Below, piece after piece: positions 9,601-17,515 of a stretch of DNA of 44,588 nt; within the stretch, counting starts at the first letter, position 1; the number at the start of each line of letters is the position of its first letter. Both the position numbers and the translations under genes were made by a program. The stretch comes from a virus. The notes under the pieces are model-generated. The model saw only the letters and a program-made list of their open reading frames with translations, had not been told where the DNA came from and ran no database searches. The stretch spans positions 1-44,588 of the IMG/VR virus record IMGVR_UViG_3300036791_000116, one strand, 5' to 3'.

Positions 9601-12600
9601 CACTTCAAACCGGAAGTGCGGCGATATGGCACGCCCTTCTTCCACTGCGGCGTTCGCAAGGGATTGAGACTGCGCACCTGTATACTCACGTAGCGTATCT
9701 TGCAGATCGTCTAATACCGCAGGTGTCAGCCCTGTCTTTGCTGCATACGACGTGATCGGTCCTATACGGTCGTTAGCAAGATACGAGTAATCATGCGGCG
9801 TGAACTGCGCTTCCCAAGTTGCTCCGGCTGGCGGCGTAGGCATAGCAGACGGCGCGCTAGGCGGTGGTGCAGCCGGACCCTGCATGATGTTGGCGGGTGG
9901 CGACTGACGAGAGAACGGCGTTGGCGCAGCGACGGGTGCAGCGGCAGGTGCAGCAGGTGCTGTTTGACTCAAACCGGGCACCTGATTAGCCGGCACAACA
10001 TCCACGGGGATGGCCGTAGCGGCCGGCGGCGTGACGACGGGAGCCGCCAGCGCACTGGGCCCAACGGGACGCGTGATAGGTACGCCTCGTCGAACACCTT
10101 CGCCTGTCGGTGCTGGAGGCACAGGCGCCTCTGTGCGTTGCGCTATGTCAGCAGCTTGCACCGGCAAGGACGATTCTGGAACTGCGCTGGGAACCACTCC
10201 GCCTAGGGACTGTACGCGAGCAGCTTCCTCGGCAGCCTTTCGTGCAGCAACAGCGCGGGGATTAGATCCGAGCGCACGCGGATTCGTTCCGTGCAGACGC
10301 CTGTTTGCTGGCGGAAGCTGCGGAGCAGGCGGCAATGTGGCCGGAGTGGCAGCTTCGGGTTGCAGCGCCTTCAACTCTTCAATAGGGGTCTTGGCCTCCG
10401 GTAGCGCCTGCTGGGTCTTGCGCTCCTCAAGAAGTTGACCTACAGGGCTCAGTCCCTGAGTAGGCGCCGGTGGTGGCATAGGTTCAGCGGCAGCAGTACG
10501 CGGAAGGAACTGCCCTGTCGCCGGATCGCGCGGAGGTATAGGCATATCGGGATGCGAAACGAACTGACCAGTCTCGGCGTCTCTGGGGAATACCGGCGGC
10601 GTGGGCCTGTTGCCGGGCACACCAATATCAGATTCGGGTACGCCTTCGGGGGTTATGATCTTGCCACCAGCCACACCGAGTCCTCTAGGCGTCTTGAACG
10701 GAGTCTTACCAATCAGCATTTGCGCTGTGTTGTTGGCCCAATCCATCGCTTCCTGTTCGTTCTCTCCACCAATCATATGGCTTGTATCGCCTTGCCATGC
10801 CTTTTCTGCCATCTGGCCTGGGGTCATGGCCAAACCGTACATGCCTTGGATAGTACGCGATGGCAGACCAGCAACGCCGTAGCCCAGCGTCTTCCACCAG
10901 TCCCCTTGCACGTCGGGAGGCATCTTGCCGGACAGAATGGCGTCAGCGGCCCTGTTCGCAGCAGTATCTGGAATTGGTGGTGGTGGTATGTGCGACATAG
11001 ACTTCTGGTCTTCAATGCTCATGTGACTAAGTGGCTTTATCTCTCCGTTCGCGAACCGCTGCAAGAACTCTGGTGACTGCATAATGCCTTTCGTCATGCC
11101 GATGGTAGGGTCCATCTCTGCATCATAGTGCTGGATACGTTGCGGTTGTCCATCGGCACCGATCACTGTGTGAGTCAAACTAGGTAGCGCATCGGGTACC
11201 ATAGCGTCTGTCAGCCATGACGGGAACTGTGACTCGTCAACTGGCGTCGAGGCAGCCTGCAAATCTACAGGCGGTATCGGAGGCAGTGGCGGCATAGGCG
11301 CTTGTGGCTGCGTAGGATGCTGTAACTGCTTCGCGTAGTCACGCAATGCTACAATATCGGGGTCTTCCTGCGGAGGCCCATACTCCTCTGGCTGCTGGAT
11401 TTGCTCATCAGGCGCGCCGGCTACGTTCACACTGGCCATCTGATATGGTAGCTCAGGTGATGCGTCTGTCATCGTTCCGGTGTCGCGCTGCGCATACCGA
11501 ATTGGTGCATTGCTAGCGGCACGGACAGCAGGAGGCGCCATACCACCAGCCATTGCCGTGACCCACTTCCGGTCGGCATTCTCCTGAACGAATCGTTCGC
11601 CGGTACGGGGGTCGAATGCTACAGGCGCACCACCAGAATGCACACTGCCGCTCTCGTTGCCGGTGGCGTAGTTGGCAACGTTCGAGCCGCGCAGTGCATT
11701 CTGTATATAGCCATTGATTCGCCCTTGCTGGTCCGGTCCAAAGCCCTCGCCTAGCTTGTTAATGGTTGTTGATGGATAGTAGTGTACGTCTCGGATAGCC
11801 TGCTCCAGCGTCATGCCACGCGACGCAGCACGATTCATTACTGACTCGACATATGCCTGCTCGGCCCGTGGTCCCTGCCCGCCAACTTCCGCGTTGACCG
11901 AAGCCGCAAACAGCCGTCGCGTATTGGGGTCGGATAGTTCCTGCCCGAACCGCGACTGCCGTAGCTGCATCAAGTTAGTTGCAGAGGATGGAGCCGATGC
12001 ACCACCGTATGGCCCAGGAACGCTAGCACCGCCAGCACTAGCAACAGGAACACTATCGCTAGAACCGTCCGCCCCTGATCGCCCTCCAGCCATCTGGATA
12101 TGCACAGGGTCATTCTGGAATGCGCTACCCTTAAGGAACTCCAGCCCGTAACGACCCGCGTTCTGATGCAAGTAATCCAGCACCGGACCCCGTCGCACGT
12201 CTGCCGCCAGACCTTGTTCATGAAGGCTGCGTCCGGGCGGAGCGGCCAACCCGCCCTGGTTGTTTGGATTCGGTTGATACGTGGTTCCCCCGAAGGTGAC
12301 GGGGTGTCTGGTGTAGTCTGCATAGTATTGTGCCTGTCTTTCTGCTGGTCGATATAGATCGGATAGCGACGCCTTCTGCCCTGTGGCTGATTCTGCATCC
12401 TGTAGTGCTCGTGTCAGTCTCCCTGCAAAGGTTGGATTTAGGAACTGCGCGTTAAGGTCTGTGCCACGACTGAGTAGGTACTGATACGGTTGCACCGCTC
12501 CCGCAGGCGTGTCATTTGCAGCGACTTGCACTGGCCGCAACTGGTTCTGTATGATCTGGAACTGGTCTGATCCGTATGGAGGAGTATACGGCGGCGGTGT

Positions 12601-13122
12601 ACGCTGCGGGTATGCCGTCGGTGCCAGCCTCTGCAAATCGATAGCGCCGATCTCCCCCGGCTGTATTCCAGGCAATGCGCCCATGGGGGTCGCACCCGGC
12701 CGATAGAGAGGCAAGCCGTTTTGCATGTATCCAAAGGTCCGTGGTGCCCCTGGCGGTAACGCAGCGTCTTGCGCTTCCTCTACACTCAGCGGCGTTCCGG
12801 CTGCCCACTGCGCCTGCTGCATCGTGAACGGTAAGGCTAGGGCCTCCGGCAATTGTGCTCCCAGCGATGCCATCATTGGATACTGCGTCGGAGGCATGGC
12901 AGGCATGGGCGGTGGCGGCATCATGCCTATGGTGGCACCCTGCGGCCCTTCCTGTGGGGATGCCAGTGCAATGGCATCCTCCAATGGAATGTGCTCGTCC
13001 TGCGGCGGCGGGACGAATGGTGCTGCCGCAGGAGGAGGCGGAGGCAACTCCTGTTGCTTGTCCTCGTCCTGTGTGTCGTCTTGCGGCATCAGGCTTTCGA
13101 GTTCGTCAATGTCATCGGCCAT
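6655..13122 (-). CDS. giant virion-associated (ejection/internal) protein with an M15 (VanY-type) peptidoglycan peptidase domain, 2155 aa
   Basis: Uninterrupted 6.5-kb ORF in the structural arm. M15 signature: SDLYRPAERQ...GRSLHEQGLAADV...DPVHIQ (approx aa 225-345, nt ~12088-12450). Long Pro/Ala-rich linkers. ATG 13122 has no SD and lies 2 nt from a motif copy. Confidence 0.85.
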   Translation of the reverse strand: MADDIDELESLMPQDDTQDEDKQQELPPPPPAAAPFVPPPQDEHIPLEDAIALASPQEGPQGATIGMMPPPPMPAMPPTQYPMMASLGAQLPEALALPFTMQQAQWAAGTPLSVEEAQDAALPPGAPRTFGYMQNGLPLYRPGATPMGALPGIQPGEIGAIDLQRLAPTAYPQRTPPPYTPPYGSDQFQIIQNQLRPVQVAANDTPAGAVQPYQYLLSRGTDLNAQFLNPTFAGRLTRALQDAESATGQKASLSDLYRPAERQAQYYADYTRHPVTFGGTTYQPNPNNQGGLAAPPGRSLHEQGLAADVRRGPVLDYLHQNAGRYGLEFLKGSAFQNDPVHIQMAGGRSGADGSSDSVPVASAGGASVPGPYGGASAPSSATNLMQLRQSRFGQELSDPNTRRLFAASVNAEVGGQGPRAEQAYVESVMNRAASRGMTLEQAIRDVHYYPSTTINKLGEGFGPDQQGRINGYIQNALRGSNVANYATGNESGSVHSGGAPVAFDPRTGERFVQENADRKWVTAMAGGMAPPAVRAASNAPIRYAQRDTGTMTDASPELPYQMASVNVAGAPDEQIQQPEEYGPPQEDPDIVALRDYAKQLQHPTQPQAPMPPLPPIPPVDLQAASTPVDESQFPSWLTDAMVPDALPSLTHTVIGADGQPQRIQHYDAEMDPTIGMTKGIMQSPEFLQRFANGEIKPLSHMSIEDQKSMSHIPPPPIPDTAANRAADAILSGKMPPDVQGDWWKTLGYGVAGLPSRTIQGMYGLAMTPGQMAEKAWQGDTSHMIGGENEQEAMDWANNTAQMLIGKTPFKTPRGLGVAGGKIITPEGVPESDIGVPGNRPTPPVFPRDAETGQFVSHPDMPIPPRDPATGQFLPRTAAAEPMPPPAPTQGLSPVGQLLEERKTQQALPEAKTPIEELKALQPEAATPATLPPAPQLPPANRRLHGTNPRALGSNPRAVAARKAAEEAARVQSLGGVVPSAVPESSLPVQAADIAQRTEAPVPPAPTGEGVRRGVPITRPVGPSALAAPVVTPPAATAIPVDVVPANQVPGLSQTAPAAPAAAPVAAPTPFSRQSPPANIMQGPAAPPPSAPSAMPTPPAGATWEAQFTPHDYSYLANDRIGPITSYAAKTGLTPAVLDDLQDTLREYTGAQSQSLANAAVEEGRAISPHFRFEVPVSLRKIEAYANFSRNRGFREYLNANSDLDEVRNIQRKRTVAANANPQVGPPMIHGKTEADLLQEIRQTEQAHPDWVRVRGHYKENILESRRGQAEGEHSIMTKSEELNKYAHNPNEVPVSRSKRAEYIKYPDGRNAMGEPLRRPDPIKSAMQYVTTQARKTINEQATGKIIDTLRQSPGARHMFTPKRAGDITDSLQHRHVTSYRRGVKQHWVADNPTMKDLIRFGPDHFSSGTVAKVLSATKRLFVASTTGLLQVYFAPLDTLRNYRIAKGTSGGMRYARKAPGLAGLGYAVGSSSLARLARHASYSLDATSGGWLRHAFGDNASNHIASILANQYARSTVANIRARGTHSRGLMRYGTDSSLVNPHSRLRAMVQDMSTRPGTRQLATLGHAYRNLLNDVHSSTQTAAVQKNFKRVKAAVRNELGPSATEEQVLDTTYDRLVSDSNALVGDPLVSGTAHNQEGHFIRYQTKDPMSPDLVARAKTAEAWVFSHDVLRTLPWHNMSMQGLKAFPKAAKRSPTRFALKALTAYITPPVLAYLWNTYAGADPEGTPYIRHQLYGRNEYRRGMYLYIAWPGRRAAEGIEMPWFQEGVFPKMAIEAVMSHMYGDNYWSGDHSPNAAQWTKTQDAKAALSMALDVVLPPTPPLFGAGVEALGASAPGNLGAFFRSPLGNALGQNVGATDIGGDTFMRKQNPYDSNKVMSQLNESLSRAVSPAILDMWLAGYGAYEHSDETGYANALKNGLKQMGKLQVQRTPLLNNAFNTFAPPSGNTRMVNEMYNREQAIRGLLDYYHQWGMAGEQFITKAKPTSPSGFAEASKLLGPPLPPHSPGLGQEPPNNPLYIEFAKLLDERFSKDSLNRGGMGFRSLWDRYNSSSKAIQSMRYIDFGNMATWKQRIEQKPDVMQVLKNAGVDHTDPFAVRSWYERYRQLAAREINAAITRVEDEMTARHPEYGRHISIQDLSPHNLPADQSYEEEGPQP
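7501..7513. repeat. 13-bp dyad motif copy
   Basis: GTTTGAGTCATAC, inside the giant CDS (YDSNK). Confidence 0.85.
8257..8269. repeat. 13-bp dyad motif copy (centre A)
   Basis: GTTTGAATCAGAC, inside the giant CDS (SDSNA). Confidence 0.7.
9962..9974. repeat. 13-bp dyad motif copy
   Basis: GTTTGACTCAAAC, inside the giant CDS (GLSQT). Confidence 0.9.
11168..11180. repeat. 13-bp dyad motif copy
   Basis: GTGTGAGTCAAAC, inside the giant CDS (SLTHT). Confidence 0.9.
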
Positions 13123-13124
13123 CT

Positions 13125-13137
13125 GTTTGACTCACAC
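13125..13137. repeat. 13-bp dyad motif copy
   Basis: GTTTGACTCACAC, 2 nt from giant-gene ATG 13122. Confidence 0.9.
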
Positions 13138-13166
13138 AGGTTTGAGGAAGGCGAAGCGGAGCGTAG

Positions 13167-13184
13167 TCCCTGCGAAGGCGGGGA
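13167..13184 (+). repeat. GC hairpin element copy
   Basis: TCCCTGCGAAGGCGGGGA, in the 66-nt gap upstream of the giant gene. Confidence 0.8.
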
Positions 13185-13188
13185 TCAG

Positions 13189-13707
13189 TCAGTATCCGGC
13201 CTTCTTCTTGCCCATTTGCTGCTGGGCCATTGCAAGTTCGTCTTCGGTTGACATGGGCTGGATCGAACCTTGCGATGACGGCTGCGGTGGGGCGCCTCCA
13301 GTAAACGCGCCGGGAGGAGGCATTCCACCACCACGCGGCGGGGGCGGCCTACGCATAGGCATAGGAGGCGCACCGCCAGGAGGAGGCATTCCGCCACCAC
13401 CGGGAGGAGGCATACTACCGCCGCCGCCCATTCTGCCGAGTAGCATTGGCAGGAACTTCTGCGCAAGCTGCGGGATCATCTGCGGATTGGCCATGGCGGC
13501 CTGCACCACTTGCGGAGGAATCATCCTCATGATCTGCTGGATCATTCCAGGCGGGGCGTTGGCAGCCATCTGGGCCAGCCCTGGAGGTAATCCACCGCCT
13601 GCCCCTGGAGGCATACCGCCGCCTGCTCCCGGTGATGGCATGGGTGGCCTTCGCGGTGGCATCCCTCCTCCTGGTGGCATTCCGCCTCCTGGTGGCATCA
13701 TGGTCAT
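13189..13707 (-). CDS. Gly/Pro/Met-rich low-complexity protein (172 aa), probable internal virion protein
   Basis: AAGGAG lies 7 nt upstream of the ATG, directly after the upstream stop. GGMPPP-type repeats flank a Met/Gln-rich helical core. The antisense ORF 12725..14134 is judged spurious. Confidence 0.65.
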   Translation of the reverse strand: MTMMPPGGGMPPGGGMPPRRPPMPSPGAGGGMPPGAGGGLPPGLAQMAANAPPGMIQQIMRMIPPQVVQAAMANPQMIPQLAQKFLPMLLGRMGGGGSMPPPGGGGMPPPGGAPPMPMRRPPPPRGGGMPPPGAFTGGAPPQPSSQGSIQPMSTEDELAMAQQQMGKKKAGY

Positions 13708-13719
13708 GTCGTTCTCCTT

Positions 13720-13926
13720 TCACTCTTGGTTCATCTGCTTCATTATGTTATTGAGTACGCTAACACGAAAGTCATGTCTTGGAGCAGGAGTCGCACGCTC
13801 TGGAAGATTCTTGTACGCTGACGCTGGTGTATTGGCAATGAACTCGCGGGCAACGACCCCGGTTTGGCCTGGAACGAACTCGTTCGCGTACATGAACCGT
13901 TGCTGCGCCTTGGAGACTATTGGCAT
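13720..13926 (-). CDS. hypothetical protein (68 aa)
   Basis: Junction order is motif, then AGGAG, then ATG. N-terminal SKAQQRFMYA motif. Confidence 0.6.
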   Translation of the reverse strand: MPIVSKAQQRFMYANEFVPGQTGVVAREFIANTPASAYKNLPERATPAPRHDFRVSVLNNIMKQMNQE

Positions 13927-13937
13927 ATCGCGCTCCT

Positions 13938-13950
13938 GTTTGACTCAGAC
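13938..13950. repeat. 13-bp dyad motif copy
   Basis: GTTTGACTCAGAC, between the stop at 13952 and the SD of the 13926 gene. Confidence 0.9.
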
Positions 13951-13951
13951 A

Positions 13952-15067
13952 CTAGAATCCACTATAGTCGCCACCCCAATCGTTGCCGTAGCTGTTGAAC
14001 GACGAGCCTGTATCGCCCCAGCCGCTGCCGAGCGAGGAGTCATCTGGGCGAACCGGCGGCAACGGGACTTGTCCTGTCATCGGCGTTCCCCACTGGCCTG
14101 GGTACGTGTCGGTATATCCAACACCGGGGTCTGAGGCCGCAGTGTTCGGCACGAGCCCGTACTGCGACTGCTGATTACCGCTTCTGTTACCACCACCTTT
14201 GCCAGCACCAGCAAGCGCCGACGCGATGCCAGCTAGGCTGGGAGACTGCCCAGCGGCTCTTGCGTAGGCATCGAATGCGCTACCGACGCCTGATGCACCA
14301 GCCTGTCCAGCGGATTGCATCAGTTGGGCCTGCTGTCCTTCGATTGCATTAAGCTCTTGAGGGACCGTCGAGTACGGATTTGGCGCGCTGGACATACCAC
14401 CGGCCATGGTCTTTTGTAGTTGTTCCAGCAGTGGGAGGTAGTGTTGTTGTCGAGACTGTACGTCTTGCTGGTATTGCGGTATCGATGCTTCATACGCCTT
14501 GGTCAGATTGGCTCCGATGTTCTGGCCCTGAGCGTCGTCCATTGACTTGATGAAGGTTGCATAGTCAGCGCCGCGCCCTTGCCGAAGCAGGGTACGCCCA
14601 ATCGCTTGTCTATCGCCGCCGACTGCATCCTGATTCTGGAGCGACATTAACGTAAACAGCTTGTCCTCGTCGGATGCACGACTAGGTGCCTCGTCATAGC
14701 GGAAGCCGGCGAGTGCCTTGTTGTAGTCAGGAACCGCTTCGAGGCCGCGCTGGCGTTGCTCTTCGAGGATTAGCCTATTGCGTGTAGCGTCCTCGGTTAG
14801 TTGTTTCAATTGCTGCTGCTCGCCAGCGCCAACGATGCTTTTCTGTGTCGGTGTTAGATCAGTCTCCCATGTGTTCGTCGCCTGATTGTAACGCTGTGTG
14901 TTGCCGTAGGCATCGGTACGAGTTGCCGACGCCATACGTTGATTTTGTCGAGCCATCTGTTGCTGGAAGCGCAAGTTCATTAGCTCGATTTGCGCCTGTT
15001 CTTGCTGCGCACTGTACTGTAGTCCTGCACCGACTAGACCAACGAGGGCGCCTGCGATCTCGGCCAT
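13952..15067 (-). CDS. Gln-rich structural/internal protein (371 aa)
   Basis: TAG-ATG abutment with the upstream gene. GAGGAGG lies inside the upstream 3' end. Position is between the tail genes and the giant protein. Confidence 0.7.
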   Translation of the reverse strand: MAEIAGALVGLVGAGLQYSAQQEQAQIELMNLRFQQQMARQNQRMASATRTDAYGNTQRYNQATNTWETDLTPTQKSIVGAGEQQQLKQLTEDATRNRLILEEQRQRGLEAVPDYNKALAGFRYDEAPSRASDEDKLFTLMSLQNQDAVGGDRQAIGRTLLRQGRGADYATFIKSMDDAQGQNIGANLTKAYEASIPQYQQDVQSRQQHYLPLLEQLQKTMAGGMSSAPNPYSTVPQELNAIEGQQAQLMQSAGQAGASGVGSAFDAYARAAGQSPSLAGIASALAGAGKGGGNRSGNQQSQYGLVPNTAASDPGVGYTDTYPGQWGTPMTGQVPLPPVRPDDSSLGSGWGDTGSSFNSYGNDWGGDYSGF

Positions 15068-16066
15068 CTACGCAGCCTCCTCTTCGTCGTCCGACTCTGG
15101 CAGCGGATTGTATCTCATGCTGCCATCGTCCGGCCCCTTCGGTACGTTGAACGACTGCGGTCCAACGGGCGGTGCGCTGGGTGTAGCCTGACCCGGCTCG
15201 GTCCCACCAAACGCTGGAGTGCGCTTGCCTTCCCACATATTCTTTAGAGTATCCAGTATTGCACCGACCGTCGAAGTTGGTGCACCAGCAGGCGGTGCAG
15301 AAGGTGCCGGCACAGGTGGTGCAGGGTTTTGATTATATGACGTAGGTGGTACGCTGGGTGCCGCAGCCGGAGGAGCCGCCATGGCCGGTAGTTGCGCAGG
15401 TAGTCCGCTAAGGGGCAAGCCGGCATATGGACTGGCGGCCGCAGGCGCCATCGCTTGCCCAGGCACTAGAGCAGGAGCCCCAGGCGTCTGTACTGCTTGA
15501 GCGGCTGGCTGTAGCTGCGGAAACTGTTCGTACAGTCTCTGCTTCCTTTGAGCTTCCTCCGCGTTCCACTTCGCGCGCTCGTATGTGCCTGCGTCCGTGC
15601 CTTTTGGATACAGGAAGTGATGCACCGGAGGCGGCATTGGAAGCCCAGCGGGCCACGCAGTCAATCCAGGGTACGGTCCCTGCTGGGCCGGAACCGACTG
15701 TCCAGTATTAGGATCGACTTGAGAAGGCATCGGATAGTTTGTTTGCCCTTGCTGGTTAAGTTGATAGAGCATAGCATGGCGACGCTGACGCTCCATCTCA
15801 CGCTCTTGGATGCCTTGCGGCGTGCCGGCAGCATACCGGAATATCGTACGGCCGAAACCTCCAGGCATACTACCAGTTCCGCCAGTCCCACCAGGGATAC
15901 CCGGCATCGGTGCGTTGGGGTCGCCGGGTAGCATCTGCATCTTCCCCGGCAGCTTCACGATTGTATAGCCGGGGATGTTCTGTTCGATCTTCTCGTCGTT
16001 GCGGTTCCCGAATAGATTGCCGAACGGATCGCCGCTCCCGCCTCCACCCGCTGCTGGTCCTGACAT
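15068..16066 (-). CDS. Pro-rich structural/internal protein (332 aa)
   Basis: Junction order is motif, then ATAGGAGCGTCCG, then ATG. Structural-arm context. Confidence 0.7.
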   Translation of the reverse strand: MSGPAAGGGGSGDPFGNLFGNRNDEKIEQNIPGYTIVKLPGKMQMLPGDPNAPMPGIPGGTGGTGSMPGGFGRTIFRYAAGTPQGIQEREMERQRRHAMLYQLNQQGQTNYPMPSQVDPNTGQSVPAQQGPYPGLTAWPAGLPMPPPVHHFLYPKGTDAGTYERAKWNAEEAQRKQRLYEQFPQLQPAAQAVQTPGAPALVPGQAMAPAAASPYAGLPLSGLPAQLPAMAAPPAAAPSVPPTSYNQNPAPPVPAPSAPPAGAPTSTVGAILDTLKNMWEGKRTPAFGGTEPGQATPSAPPVGPQSFNVPKGPDDGSMRYNPLPESDDEEEAA

Positions 16067-16079
16067 CGGACGCTCCTAT

Positions 16080-16092
16080 GTTTGAGTCAAAC
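16080..16092. repeat. 13-bp dyad motif copy
   Basis: GTTTGAGTCAAAC, between the stop at 16108 and the SD/ATG at 16066. Confidence 0.9.
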
Positions 16093-16107
16093 GACGGGGA
16101 AGCGAGA

Positions 16108-17019
16108 TCAGAACACGGACGAGGTATCTGTGTTTTGCTTCTGGTTCGCCTGTGCGTTCGGGTCAACGACTCCTTGCTGGGCTGTTGGATCGAAGGGCAG
16201 GTTCTGGGCTCCTTGTCCTGCTCCTGCAATAGCGGCCAAGCCTGTAGTATTGAAGAGGTTAGCCGATCCGATTTTACCGCGGAGGGTTGTTCCGAGGTTA
16301 GTGATGAAGTCGCTGAACTGCTTATCAGCGGAACTGCCGTAGGTGTTTGGATCGAAGGAGTCGCCGAGTTTGAGAGTGGAGGCCGCTGTTCGTCCTTGGT
16401 TCGCGATATCGCGTAGAGACTGCTGCTCAGTAGCGACAGTACCAGTGCCAATCTCATTGAGCTTCGCAAGGACGCCGGGGTTCTGACGATCCAGTTCGGC
16501 TTCCGCAGCACCCTGTCCGGCAGGCGTGATGACACCACGGGCAAGCATGTTTTGGATGATTGCATCTGCGCTCTGTCGTTGCTCAGTGTCGATGCCCTGA
16601 ATGTAAGGATCGACGGTTTGTGCGTTGACGCGAGTCGTGTCGAAGTTGCCTGGGAATAGCGCATTGAGTTGCTGATTTGCTCTGGCTTGTGCACCGGCAG
16701 TTGCTTGGTTATAGATGCGTGCGCCTACGTCTTGAAACGACGCACCAGGGTTCGGATCAGTCGGCGAAATGCCTGAAAGAATGCCCGAAATCTGTGTGTC
16801 GATGTCGGAGGCGTACTGAGAGGGATCAAGTCCCTGCTGCTGATAATAGGCTCTTGCGGCCTGGGTTCCACTGGCTGCGGAACTGGTTCGCAGAGCCTGG
16901 AGATCGGCCTTGTCTTGCGCAGCCTTCGCGTCGGCCGCGTCTTGGGCCTTCTGCGCCGCTTGTTCTTGCATTTGCTCAACTTGCATACTGTTATCTGGAG
17001 GCATACTCGGTGCTGACAT
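16108..17019 (-). CDS. structural/internal protein (about 303 aa)
   Basis: Listed as 16108..17079. Preferred ATG 17019 is preceded by AGAGGAG plus 8 nt and by a half motif (GCGTCAAAC). It overlaps the upstream gene by 29 nt. Confidence 0.6.
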   Translation of the reverse strand: MSAPSMPPDNSMQVEQMQEQAAQKAQDAADAKAAQDKADLQALRTSSAASGTQAARAYYQQQGLDPSQYASDIDTQISGILSGISPTDPNPGASFQDVGARIYNQATAGAQARANQQLNALFPGNFDTTRVNAQTVDPYIQGIDTEQRQSADAIIQNMLARGVITPAGQGAAEAELDRQNPGVLAKLNEIGTGTVATEQQSLRDIANQGRTAASTLKLGDSFDPNTYGSSADKQFSDFITNLGTTLRGKIGSANLFNTTGLAAIAGAGQGAQNLPFDPTAQQGVVDPNAQANQKQNTDTSSVF

Positions 17020-17512
17020 TTCCAGTGCTCCTCTGTTTGACGCGGTAGTGATAGAGTTTCCCGATCGGCTCGAAGCCAACCATCTTGATTAGCTTGTCCA
17101 TTCCCTCATCGTTCCCTCCGCCTGTGTAAGTAGCTCCAATGATAGTCGCCTTGCGTGCGATTGCCCAATCGCGATAAGCGGTCATCAGCTTCATTGCATT
17201 TGGCAGCGTGCGCCACTCCGGTAGAATAAAGAAGAATATGTCATTGCATACACGATCCCAAGAGAACGCCATCGTTACACAGTACGCACCGATGCCACCG
17301 ACAAGCTCTTCGCGATCATTCAGCAGAACAAAAACCATAAAGAACCCATCGTTATTCACATTCTGTTCTAGCATGAACCTGATACGCGACGGATCAACGA
17401 CCACGCCTTTGTAGTTTGGTAGTTTTGGAATCTCGCGTGCGGCATGTTCAATGATACCTGGGATATCGATTGCCGAATAGCGCCGAACGTGTGTCTTGCG
17501 TATTGTTGACAT
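16991..17512 (-). CDS. GNAT-like acetyltransferase-fold protein (173 aa)
   Basis: ELVGGIGAYCV...FFFILPEWRTLPNAMKLMTAYRDWA...MVGFEP resembles the GNAT core. The ATG has no SD and lies 3 nt from a motif copy. Confidence 0.5.
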   Translation of the reverse strand: MSTIRKTHVRRYSAIDIPGIIEHAAREIPKLPNYKGVVVDPSRIRFMLEQNVNNDGFFMVFVLLNDREELVGGIGAYCVTMAFSWDRVCNDIFFFILPEWRTLPNAMKLMTAYRDWAIARKATIIGATYTGGGNDEGMDKLIKMVGFEPIGKLYHYRVKQRSTGNVSTEYASR

Positions 17513-17515
17513 AGT

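Noticed and set aside
6655-13122. The giant ORF as an N4-like virion RNA polymerase.
   Set aside because: I could not find T7/N4-type RNAP catalytic motifs in the translation. The only recognisable module is an M15 peptidase. The question is left open for profile searches.
12725-14134. 469-aa plus-strand ORF (and the nested plus-strand ORFs 12853..13251 and 12855..13130).
   Set aside because: It is antisense to the well-supported leftward genes, whose SDs, coupled starts and operon order are all consistent. The Gly/Cys/Pro-rich translation is the mirror image of GGMPPP-type repeats. No SD or operon context supports it.
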